DNA of 64,000 bases. Origin: Cenococcum geophilum (taxonomy: Eukaryota). The notes beneath the pieces were generated by a model, which was given only the letters and a program-made list of their open reading frames with translations, did no database searches and was not told the DNA's origin. The stretch covers positions 20,770,001 through 20,834,000 of the forward strand of contig CP158635.1 in NCBI GenBank assembly GCA_050273025.1, in the 5' to 3' direction. Position numbers and translations under genes: made by a program. Each line of letters starts with the position of its first letter. Within the stretch, counting starts at the first letter, position 1. Below, in pieces: positions 14,300-26,353 of the stretch.

Positions 14300-15582
14300 T
14301 GTCACAGTACGTGCGGACTGTCAAGGTACGATGTACGAGGTGACTGTATATGATTGACAAACGATATCGTGTGAGGATCTATGTAGGAGGTAAGGTGGTA
14401 TATATACACGTCGCTCAGGGGTCAGGTCTGTGCTCGTGTCATAACAACACTAAGTCATAACAACGCGTCAGGTCAGTGCCGTAACAGTACATCCCCCTTC
14501 CGAAGGCGAGCTCCTATAAGCCAAGTAACGGCAGTAAAAACACAGAAGTAAAAAAAACAGATATATATATCCTCGTCCTTCTAGTCCTCAAAGGTCTTCG
14601 TCCCTTCAGTCCTCAGACCTCCTATATATCTACTACATCCCTCTCCGCTAGCACTCGTCTTGAGTACTAAATGCAACGTAGGAGTAAAACCAATGTAGAG
14701 AACAACAGAGAATTTTTTATTGTAGGTTTATCCGCAGGGCGTAGGGCGGATATTAATACTCGAAAGGCTCGAAGTTATAGAGATCAAGGTTAAGGTATAG
14801 ACTTGACAGGCTTAGGGTTGCGGAGATCAAGGTTAAGGTATAGGCTCGAAAGGCTCGGAGTACGGAGATCGAGGTTAAGGCGTAGACTCAAAAGGCTCGG
14901 AGGTTACGGAGATCGAGGTTAAAGTATAGGCTCGAAAGGCTCGGGGTGCGGAGATCGAGGTTAAAACGTAGATTCTTGTCGCGGTAAACTTGAAGTACTA
15001 TCTGTGTCGAAGACGAAGACGGAGACGGAGACGGAGACGAGATCGTAACCCATAGTCTTACACTGTAATCAAGACACGAGGACATAGCCCGCAGGGTGTC
15101 TCCCTGCAGCCGGCTTTAGAAACTCGGGACGTGAAGCAGAAGCATGGCTAGATACGGAGACTCGGAGACTAAGAAGAGGAACCATAGCCCGCAGGGTGTC
15201 TCCCTGCTACTAGCTTAGAAACTCGGATGAACGGAGAGGAGATCGGCTCGGGTACTCGAATAGATTTGATAGAGATTTTACTAGGTCGCATTGACGTGGA
15301 ACGAGGGTAAGAATCCCGCCCGGGGTAGGGTGGCTTTGGAAACGTGGCTTTGGAAACAAGGCCCTACCAGGGGCGTATAAGATGACACGACATACTGTCA
15401 TAGTACGTGCGGACTGTCAAGGTACGATGTACGAGGTGACTGTATATGATTGACAAACGATGTCGTGTGAGGATCTATGTAGGAGGTGAGGTGGTATATA
15501 TACACGTCGCTCAGGGGTCAGGTCTGTGCTCGTGTCATAACAACACCGAGTCATAACAACGCGTCAGGCCAGTGCCGTGACA
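14300..15582 (-). mobile_element. Short non-autonomous LTR element (TRIM-like, family D), 1283 bp
   Basis: 187-bp LTRs 14300-14486 and 15396-15582; TSD AATAA; PPT GAAGGGGGATGTAC on the minus strand; non-coding interior with tandem repeats. Confidence 0.9.
14759..14971. repeat. Tandem array of ~5 x 42-43 bp inside element D
   Basis: Unit approximately CTCGAAAGGCTCGGAGTTACGGAGATCGAGGTTAAGGTATAGG. Confidence 0.85.
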
Positions 15583-17940
15583 AATAAGTCGGCTTTTATA
15601 ACACTTATTTAGTTTAGGTTAAAGTGTTAGAGTATAGGTATAGTAGTAAATATAACCTTTAGATAGGCAAAGGCCTTCTTATATTCCTTATTAAAGATAA
15701 AGACTTTTTCCTTTTAGGTTAGAGCTATAAGGGATAAAACTAGGGCGGAGAAGTTATTAATAAACCGTTAGTAGAAATTAGTAAATCCTATAAAGGCTTT
15801 TACGTCCTTAACGTTCTCGGGTTCTTGCCAGTTTATAATTACTTTAACTTTCTTCAGGTCTATTTATATACCGTTTATAAAAATAAGGAGTCTAAGGTAT
15901 AGGACTTCCGTTTTATAAAACTTACATTTATCTATATCTAATTATAGACTAACTCCGTACAGGGCTTATAGAACAAGGTTAACGTATTTCCAATATTTAG
16001 TTAGGTTATTACTATATATTAGGATGTCGTTAATATAAGCAGTACAGAAGATATTTAGGTAGGGGCGTAGGGTATCGTTTATATAATGTTAAAACAAGCT
16101 TAGAGCGTTTATAAGGCCAAAGGGTATTACTAAGGACTTAAATAGTCTATATTGGATACGAAATGTAGTAAGCCATTTATCCCCTTTTATAATGCGGAGA
16201 CGGTTAAATATAGAGATAATATTAAGCTTTATGTAGTAACGAGCCTTACTTAGTTAGTTTAGCGTCTCTTATATTAACGGGATCGGATATTAGTTCTTAA
16301 CGGTAACGGCGTTAAGAGCTTAGTAGTCTATATAGAAGCGCAGACCGCCGCTAGGTTTCTTAACGAAGATCACTAGTGCGGCTATAGGCGATAAGCTTAC
16401 TCTAATAAATCTTTTACTTAAGTTCTCGTCTAAATACTTTCGTAGCACTTAGAGTTTATTTTAGGACATCCCGTATAAGGGTCCAAATCCGGGCTACTTT
16501 CCTTCTTTAAGTATAATCTTATAGTCGTATAGTCAGTGTTCTAGTAGCTTATTAGCTTCCTTTTATAAAAATGCATCTAGGCGATAATAATACTCTATTA
16601 GTACCTTTATAGCAGGGTTGGTGTACTTCTTTAGTGCCAAGGCCTTCTTAATATCGGCCATTATAATAGCGAAGATTATATGCTCGGGTTTCTTAGCAAG
16701 TTACGCTAGTAGGGTAGCTCCAATCAAGCGGATATCTAGGGTGCCGAGCTCGCTCAGATTATCCATAGTTTCTTATTTAGGTTTAGGTTCGGTATTAGGT
16801 ACGGAGTTAGTATTAGATTTAGGTTTAGGTTCTTTAAGAATCTTTTTTATAGTAAAATACTAGTCCTTCTAGTATTTTTATATATAGAGCTTAAACTTTT
16901 ACTTAGCTCGGGGCAGTATAGTACTTAGTAATAACTTATGGAATTTAGTAGAGTTTTTAGATCCTTAGTAGATATCGGTAGAATTCTTAGGCGTAGAGTA
17001 GGCATTAGTAGAAATCTTATATTAGTGGGATTTAGTGGAATTCCTAGGTTGGTAGAATCTAGTGGATTCTTTAGGTATAGGGTAGACAGTTATAGAAATT
17101 TTAGACTAGTAAATCCTAGTAGATTTTTTAGATTTTAGTTTTAGGTCTAAGTAGCAAGTTATAAGGCACTTTTACTTATAACGGGAGGCGGTAAATAGAA
17201 GCTTAAGGTTGTCCTAATTAATAGTTACCTTATATAGCTTTATCTAGGGTTATTTAAGAATTACTAAGTAACCCAGGGTGGTAACGAAAAGTTTAATTAA
17301 TTCTTTATAGTTTAGGTATTAGAGTCTCAGAAATACTACGTGGGTAATATAGCCTAAGACGGTGTGTTTGCTATTAAATCTAAATACGTTAATATACCGG
17401 TTAAGGGGGGTTAGGGTAAAACCATTATCTTACGCAAAGATCTTATTAATAAATCATATACCGCTAGCTCCTGTGTTAATTAGGATTTAAGCGTTAGCCT
17501 ATTAACTATTCTGCCAAAGACGGCAGTTAATAGTTATACTACGGTCCTAAGAGTCGGAGTTTGTAACATTAAATGCGTTTAACGAGATCCTATAGTAGAG
17601 CTATCCCGGAGAGCGACTTAGCTCTAGGACCTTCCTTTTAGAGGTAATTAGGGTGGGGTTCTTGTGGGATATTAGCTGTAGCTTCGTCCTTGTAAATAGT
17701 GCTTGCTAGATGCAGGGCTAAAACTAGGTAAAGATTGGGGACGGTAACCGGAAGATCAATGCGGTAAACGGCTGCTAGTGTTAGCCGTTTGTAATTCGTG
17801 TTTAGGCATAGGGACGGTGTAGTAGTTAGAGAAGTAAGAGCTACTTCTACATTTAAAGCAGAGGCCTAGCTTAATGCGTCGTTCTTATTTAGAGGACCCT
17901 AGTAGGGCGTACCCTAGGGTCCTAGTGTTAATATCCATAG

Positions 17941-18155
17941 TGTAACAGTGCAGTGTGGGAAAATTGAATGAACGACTTAATTGTAAATCTATGGAAATCA
18001 AGTAGAATATATACATGAATGTAGAGCTCTGACCGTAGGGTCTATAACTCGTAAGATTTGACTTATTTCCCATATACGAGATATACGAGGGTGGGCTGAA
18101 GCCACCACACAGGATGTAACCCTGTGTCTCAGCATAGTGTCTGTAGACTGTTACA
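17941..18155. mobile_element. Solo LTR (family E-related), 215 bp
   Basis: TGTAACAG...CTGTTACA ends; TSD CATAG on both sides; shares blocks with 63729-63963. Confidence 0.88.
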
Positions 18156-21100
18156 CATAGCGTTGGGGTGCTTAGGTTGAGATAATAACTTAGTAGATAT
18201 TTATAGGGTTGCCGTATTATATTAAGGAGCGGGCTTTAGTGTTAGGCGTAGTATATCATTATATTATTTATTAATGACGTTTACGTAGGCATTAAGGGCT
18301 CCTAGTAGGTCTACGCCTATTAGGGAGGTTTTTAGTTTAGGGCTTAGGGATTTAATAAGGCTATTAATTAGTGCGGAGTCGTTCCAGCCTGTTTCCTTTA
18401 TATAACGGTTAAATTTAAAGAAGTATACTAGGAAACTTTTCGTTCCTTAAGTTATATAGTTTATCTTTCTTTAAGTAGTAGCTTAGCGGTTTAGGTTACT
18501 ATATATAGCTTTAAGAAGTACAACTAGGCTTTACACTAAGTTTAGCTAAAGAGGTTTAATAAGGTTAGCTATATCTCCTCCTAGTTAACTTAGGGCGTAA
18601 CAGAGTCAGTTAGCTTTAGTTAGGTAATAGTTAGCGTTACTAGTTAGCTTATTTTTAAGCTGGCTTAAAAATAATTAGAGCTCTTATTATTTACTAGTAA
18701 ATACCAGAGGATCTAGTAATTGCTTAGATTATTTTAGTGTAGTAGTCGGCTTAGGGTAAGTAGCTACTACGGGTTCAAGACTTATATTCCGCGTATTTAT
18801 CTCTAAAGATAGCGTTTAGTCTTAAGGTCCTAGCGTAGGTGTCTTAAGGGCGCGGACTTCTTCTTGGAGGTCCTTAATTAATTACTAGTACCATACTTCT
18901 TGCTTAGCTTATTATTAATTTAAAGTGGCTTAGTTCTATTTAAGGGCGTCTATAAAAGATTTCTATATCCCTGCTAATTATTCTTAGAGTGCGGATATAA
19001 TACCGGCGGCCGTTATAGGGGCTTCGGGTTTGTTCTGTATATTAATAGTAGTATAGGTAGTTAACGCAACGTAGTGTCACGGAGTAAGTATAAGCGACGA
19101 TAATATATAGCAAGGTAGATATTATTAAGCTATATATATAAACCGTATAAGGAGGTTAAGACGTTGCGTAAGGAAAGAAGGTAGGAAAACGGGAAGAAAG
19201 GGTATATATTGTTAACCTGGCTACTTAGTTAACACATACATAGGCAGAATAGGGTTCAGGTTATAGTCCTAGCAGAATATAGCAGAATGCCGTAGATTAC
19301 CGTTAGATTGCCATCAGATTGCCGTTAGATTGCTATTTCGCGGTTAGTCTCTAATTGCTAAGTTGGTAGAAACAGGTAAACGTGTGCAAGGTATCACGGG
19401 GGTGTCCTGTAACAACTATGAAGAACTAATTAAGCTTTTTGTTACTACCTTAAGTCACCTAGTAATCCTTAAACAACCCTAAATAAAGCTATATAAGGTA
19501 ACCATTAATTAGGACAACCTTAAGCTTCTATTTACCGCCTCCCGTTATAAGCAGAAGTGCCTTATAACGCACTATCCTAACCCTAAACTAAAATTTAGGA
19601 AATCCACTAAAATCTATTAGTCTAAGATTTCCACCAATGTCTACCCCACGCCTAAGGAATCTACTAGATTCCACTAACCTAGGAATTCCACTAAATTCTA
19701 CTAACGTAAGATTTCTACTAATATCCACCAAGGATCTAAAAACTCTACTAAACCCTATAAATAGATCCTAAGTACTACACCGCCCTAAACTAAGCAGAAG
19801 CTTAAGCTTACTATATAAAAATACTAAAAGGACTAGTACTCTACTATAAAGAGTATACTTAAAGAACCCGAACCTAAATCTAATACTAACTCTATACCTA
19901 ATACCGAACCTAAAATTAAGTAAGGAACTATATAAAAAACTGTAGATAACTAGAGCCCGCTTAACGCCCTAGATATCTATATAATTGGAGCTACCCCGCT
20001 AGCGTAACTCGCCAAAAAACCTAAATATACAATCTTTATTATTACTATAGCTAATATTAAGAAGGCCTTAGCACCGAAAAAGCATACTAACCCTGCTATA
20101 AAGGTACTAGTAGAATACTATAACCGCCTAGAAGTATTTTTATGGAAGGAAGCCAATAAGCTACCGGAATACTAATTGTATAACTATAAGATCGTACTAG
20201 AAGAAGGAAAGCAGCCTAGATTTAGACCCCTATATAGGATATCCCAAAACAAACTCTAAGTGCTATAGAAGTATTTAGACGAGAACCTAAGCAAAGGATT
20301 TATTAGAGTAAGCTCTTTACCTATAGCCGCACTAGTAATCTTTATTAAGAAACCGGGCGGCGGACTATACTTCTATGTAGACTACTAAGCTCTTAACGCC
20401 GTTACCGTTAAGAACTAATATCCAATCCCGTTAATATAGGAAACACTAAACTAATTAAGTAAGGCTTATTACTATACAAAGCTTAATATTATCTCTGCAT
20501 TTAACCGCCTCTATATAGCAAAGGGAGATAAATAGCTTACCGCATTTCGTACTCGGTATAGATTATTTAAATACTTAATAACGCTATTTGGCCTCGCAAA
20601 TGCTCTAAGCTTGTTTTAATATTACGTAAATAACACCCTGCGCCCCTACCTGAATATCTTCTATACTGCTTATATTAATAACATCTTAATATATAGTAAT
20701 AACCTAACCAAATATTAGAAATATGTTAACCTTATCCTATAAGCCCTATACGGAGCTAGTCTATAATTAGATATAGATAAATACAAGTTTTATAAGACGG
20801 AATTCCTATACCTTAGATTTCTTATTTCTATAGACGGCATATAAATAGATCTAAAAAAAATTAAAGCAATTATAAACTAGTAAGAACCCGAGAACGTTAA
20901 GGATATAAGAGCCTTTATAGGATTTACCAATTTCTACTAACGGTTTATTAACAACTTCTCCGCCCTAGTTTTACCTCTTATAGCTTTAACCTAAAAGGAT
21001 AAAGCCTTTATCTTTAATAAGGAATATAAGAAGGCCTTTACTTATCTAAAGGTTATATTTACTACCGCGCCTATGCTTTAATACTTTAACCTAAACCGAA

Positions 21101-24100
21101 TAAGTATTAAAGAAGCTGACTTATCCGACTACGTCACTAGAGGTATCCTGTCTCAATATAATAAAGAGGGAGTATTATACCCTATAGCATACTACTTAAA
21201 ATAACTAAGTCTAGCTAAATATAACTACAAGATCTATAATAAGGAATTGCTAGCTATTATTAGATACTTTAAGCAATGGCAACCTAAACTAGAAGGCGCT
21301 AGATTCCTAATTAAGGTCCTTAGTAATTATAAGAACCTATAGTACTTCACGGCTATAAAATAGCTGAGCCACTGTTAGGCCTGCTAGTTAGAATACCTAT
21401 TTTATTTCCGATTCTTAATTACGTACCGCCTAGGCGTTTAAGGCTAAAAGCCTAATGCCCTAACCTAATGCTTGCAAGACGTGCCAGTACTAAAAAAGGC
21501 ACGTTCTTACCAAAATCAGACCCTACTTTATCCTAAACTATTTAACCCTCCTGCTAAAGATCTTACGGTATAAGTCCTTAAAATAACTAATTAATTAATT
21601 AAATAGATTATAACTAATAAATACCTAAATAATAAGTTTATCTAAGAGACGCTTAAGCTAATTTAAGATAGCGTTAAACGCTTTAAGAAGATCTCTCTAA
21701 GTAAATATAAAGCTCGCGGAAACCGCTTATATTACTAGAACCGTCTAGTTATCCCTAATTACAATAAACTTAAGCTTAAGCTCCTTAAACACATATATGA
21801 CTTACTAGTAGCCAGCTACCTAGGCTAAGGAAAAACCCTAGAGCTACTCTAATGGGAGTACTACTGGCCGAATATATATAATATAATATAAAGGTATATC
21901 TCTAGCTATTATATCTGCCAATAAGCTAAAGCTTCGCACGAGATATATAACGGCCTTTTAAAGCTACTACCTATTCCGGACCGAAGATAAAAGGATATCT
22001 TAATTAACTTTATTATTGACCTCCCCGTAAGTAAGGGCTATATAAATATTATAGTAGTTATAGACCGACTATCTAAGATAAGACACTTAATCGCCTGCCC
22101 TAATATATTAACACCTACCGTTGCCTAACTATTTCTAAATTATATATAAAAACTCTACAGACTCCCTAAAACGATTATCTCCGATAAAAGTAGCTAGTTT
22201 ATCTCTATATTCTAAAAAGAACTAACTACTTAACTCTATATTAAAGCACTATTATCTATAATATACTACCTAGAAACGGATAGTTAAATAGAACGTATAA
22301 ACGCTATAATAGAATAGTATATTTGGATATACACGTTATACTTATAAGATAACTAGATTAACTAGCTAGTATTTACCAAGTTTACCGCAAATAACTCCAT
22401 CTTAGAAACTATAAAGGTCTCCCTATTCCTGGCTAACTACGGCTAGCATCTATAAATGGGTTTTAAACCCTTTAGTAATGTTCCTTGCCCTGCTTATTAC
22501 GCCTTATAAGTTATAAAAGCAAATGAATTTATAGAGAAGATGGAGGAACTATAATAGTTCCTTACTAATGAAATAATATAGACTTAATCTATCTATAAAG
22601 CCGCAGCGAATAAGAAACAAACCCTAGGACTAGCCTACTAAATTAGTAACTTTGTCTAGCTAGATATAAAAAATCTAAATATAAAACGACCGGCTAAGAA
22701 GCTTAATTAGAAGAACGCTGGCCCTTATAAGGTTAAGAAGGTTGTCTTCTCCTACGCCTACTAACTAAAGCTTCCTAATACGGTTAAAATCTACCCCATA
22801 TTCCACACGTCAATCCTCCGCCCCATTACTCCCGCATTAAATGCCCTACCCGGACAGATATAAGACCCTCCCCTACTAGTTAAAGTGGATGGTAAAAACG
22901 AGTACTTTATTAAAAGAATTAATAATATTAAGTATAATAAACGGAAACGTTAATATATATATCTTATAAAATGGAAAGGCTTTATTAAGCCCTTATGGGA
23001 ACCTATTAACTCTATAGGACTTATATAAGCCGCAGAAGACTTTTACAAACTTTATCTAGAACTACTACAGCCCTATCTCGCAAAAGCTCGAGTTTAAAGG
23101 GGGGGTACTGTTATAGAATACCCCTGTAACACCTTATATACGTCTACCTATTTCCACTAACTTAGCAACTAGAGACTGACTATAAGATAGCAATTTACGG
23201 CAATCTAACGGCAATCTGCTATATTCTGCTATATTCCGCCAAGTTTTACTAAATCCTATTAAGTTCTGCCAGGACTACTACCTAAATCCTATTGTGCTCT
23301 GTGTATGAGTTAACTAAGCAACTAAACTAACAATATATACCCTTTCTTCCCGTTTTCCTACCTTCTCTCCTTACGTAACGTCTTAACTTCTTACACAGTT
23401 TATATATATAGCTTAATAATATCTACCTTGCTATATATTATCGCCGCTTATACTTACTCCGTGACATTAACCTATAATCTAATTAATCTTTAGATTATAT
23501 TTCTGTAACTAAGGTATACCTAATACTGCCTTATCCCGTCCTAATGGTAGGATATTAAAACACATCTTAATTTATCTTTCTTTAATGGTTATCTAAATAG
23601 GTCCTATTTTAAGGTTAATAATCCTTCCTCCATAGGTTATTAGATCTCCTAAAATTATAACTAATAGGTAAAGTTATTCCTTCTATTTATAAGGTAATCC
23701 TATTTTTTTAACTACTACTAGTAAAATATAGTTCCTTATTACTCCACTATTTATTAATGCTTTAAACTATTAATTTTACTAATTAACTTATAAATTTAAG
23801 TATTGTCCTTAAATTTCCTTAAGGGTCTAAGGCTTTACTACTGGCTCCCTTTAGTCCTATAGGCCTCTATTTTTCCTAACTATTAGCTACTTAATCCTAT
23901 TATACTTAGCTCGCTTTTCGGCTAATACCTAGTTTACTTTTTATCCTCTATATACTATAAATACATATTCTCTCGGCATTCTTATCACTATTATCTATCT
24001 AAGCATTTTTCCGTAAGAAATCTTTTTAGTTAAAGTATTAAGTCTCCTAACTCCTAAACTTCTATTAGATGCTATCCGTGTATATACTTAGCATTTTTAT

Positions 24101-26353
24101 ATTATTGCTTATCTAGCGCCTAATATATCCTTATAGGGTACTTCCTTTTTTTTTTAAATTTTTATATATTTCGTATATGTTATCTATATATACAATTTAT
24201 AATAGCGTATAATATACCAAGTGCTTTAGGTTAACTCTTAACTCGTCTTTATCTTTAAGTTTAAATCTTTAATATATTAATCTAAACGTTATAACCTTAT
24301 TTGTAGGTACTATATTACGGACGCTTTAAGTATAATATTACGACTACTTAGAGAAGAGTTGGAAGAAGCTAGTTAGTTAATATAGGCACGGTCCAGAATG
24401 GAGCCGGTAGAACTATATAATGAGGAATAGTAACTAAGTCACGTGATGTGATCTGTATAATCTATATAATTTATATAATCCGCGATAAAGTAAACAGAGC
24501 ACGCGTACCTTACGTATAAGGAGGGTTTCCTAGGAGTACGGTTGTGTATTTAAAGGACCACAGTCCCTACTCTAGATAGTTCTTTCCTTATAGTAATTCT
24601 TAGAATATAATTAGAGTTAATCTGTTAGGCAACCACTCCACCAGTTATTACGTTGTTGACTTACTTGCAATACCTACACACCTAGCCTATTAACAAGCCC
24701 ATCGTAGTTCCCGCTACAAGGTTCCGTTATATAATCACTATCTAGTTATAGTTTTAATAAGTTAAATAACATGCCACCAAAAGTAGCTATAACGCCATTA
24801 ACGGCGGCAACTACTTTAAGGTTAGAAGGCGACACCAGTATAGTAAATACTAACTCGCAACAACCTATAACGGTTAGATAACTATAAGAGATAGTTAACT
24901 AGTTAATAGAGAATAATATAACGCTTAAATAAAGGATTAATAGGATAGGAGCAGCAAAGGTTAAGTTACTATTAATTAAAAGATTCTTAGGAGAGAGATT
25001 AAAGCTTAAAGGATTCCTTACGTAAATGCACTTTAAAGTTACATAAGAAGGAGTAAAACTACTAACACCTATAGATCGAATAGCCTATACAGGACTATTC
25101 CTATTAGGAAGAGCACTTAAATAGTTTAAGCCTTACCTTATAGAAATATAGGTAAATAGAATAATAACCACTAACTAAGAGGTGCGGTTTATATTCTTAA
25201 GCTAGGAGGGGTTTACAAAGTAACTTATATAAATGTTTAGAGACTTAAAGGTAGTAACTATAGCGGAAAGAAAATTCTAAGATATTACGTAATAAACTTT
25301 AGTAATTAAGTACATAATATAGTTTTTAACGCTAGCTATATAAGTTAAGTGGAATAATAAGGCGCTTATAGTATAGTATAAATAAGGGCTTAAGGCTAAA
25401 GTCTAAAACGTAATTATTTTAATAGAAGATGCGGATACCCTAAGGGATTTAATAGATTAAGCGATAAAGATTAATAATAGGATCTACTAAAGGGAACAGG
25501 CTAAAAGAGGTTAGGATAGAGTTTTATAGTTATATAAGGCGTAGAGCACGTAATAACTAAAGCCGAATTAAAAACTATAGTATAGCGCAGAGCTAATGGA
25601 CCTAAGTAGTACTAAAGAAGCCTATAAGAGATAGAGTAAGAAACTATAGAAACCTAAAGGTTAAGGATTTAGTAATTATAGGACTAAGAAGTAAAGGCCA
25701 AACTAGGGATCTTAGTAGTAGAAGATATTTAGGTAGACTCTATAGCAAAGTTAATAGTTTAAAAATAGAGCTTATATAAATTAAGGGATTATAAAGATAG
25801 TTAGAGTTACTATGTAATAAAGGGAACTAGACTAATAGTAGATAATATATACGTATAAAGGGATAATAGTATACTATAAGGAATAAAAGAGTATTTAATT
25901 AGAAGTTTTGCGTTTTATTATAATAACGTATACCAAATTTATAAAGACGCTAAGTATGGCGTAAGCTATTAGCTATAAGAGCTAAAGCTAAAAGGACTTA
26001 AAGGAACTAGAGAGTTAAATAAAAAATATAATTAACTCTATAAGCTAGATTAGGATATTACAGTAATATACGGACAATAATTAGTAACAATAATAATAAA
26101 ATTAGAGTATTTATTAATTAATAGTAATAAGGATAATAAAGGAACTAACTAGGGGTATCTAAACCTTAATAATGTAATTATAGAAGTAGAGACTAAGACC
26201 GCTATAGAGCAAGGTTCAGTAATGGGCATTATAACACCGTTAGATACGGCATCTATCGCTTTATAAGACGGAAGAAGAAGTATTTAAAAGGGATTAAGCA
26301 AGCAGACGACTGCTAGTGCTAGCTTATTACTTAATAAAGGCAAAAAGCTAATG

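Larger units (their letters stand above)
11687..19414 (-). mobile_element. Family C inner copy, inserted antisense into the protease region of the outer copy
   Basis: LTRs 11687-12034 (3', with PPT GTACCCCCCCTTT adjacent) and 19075-19414 (5'). The internal sequence is the reverse complement of the outer copy. The duplication is ACTA (4 bp). Confidence 0.92.
9779..23466 (+). mobile_element. Chromovirus LTR retrotransposon family C, outer copy, RIP-inactivated
   Basis: LTRs 9779-10136 and 23109-23466; TSD TTAAC (9774-9778, 23467-23471); PPT AAAGGGGGGGTAC before the 3' LTR. Gag with CCHC knuckle near 11130. RT KKPGGGL.FYVDY near 20350 and YINNILIY (RIP of YIDD) near 20670. Integrase, then chromodomain YLIKWKGF..P.WEP near 22960. 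Confidence 0.93.

Noticed and set aside
14759..14971. CRISPR-like array
   Set aside because: Contiguous degenerate tandem units without unique spacers, inside a eukaryotic LTR element.
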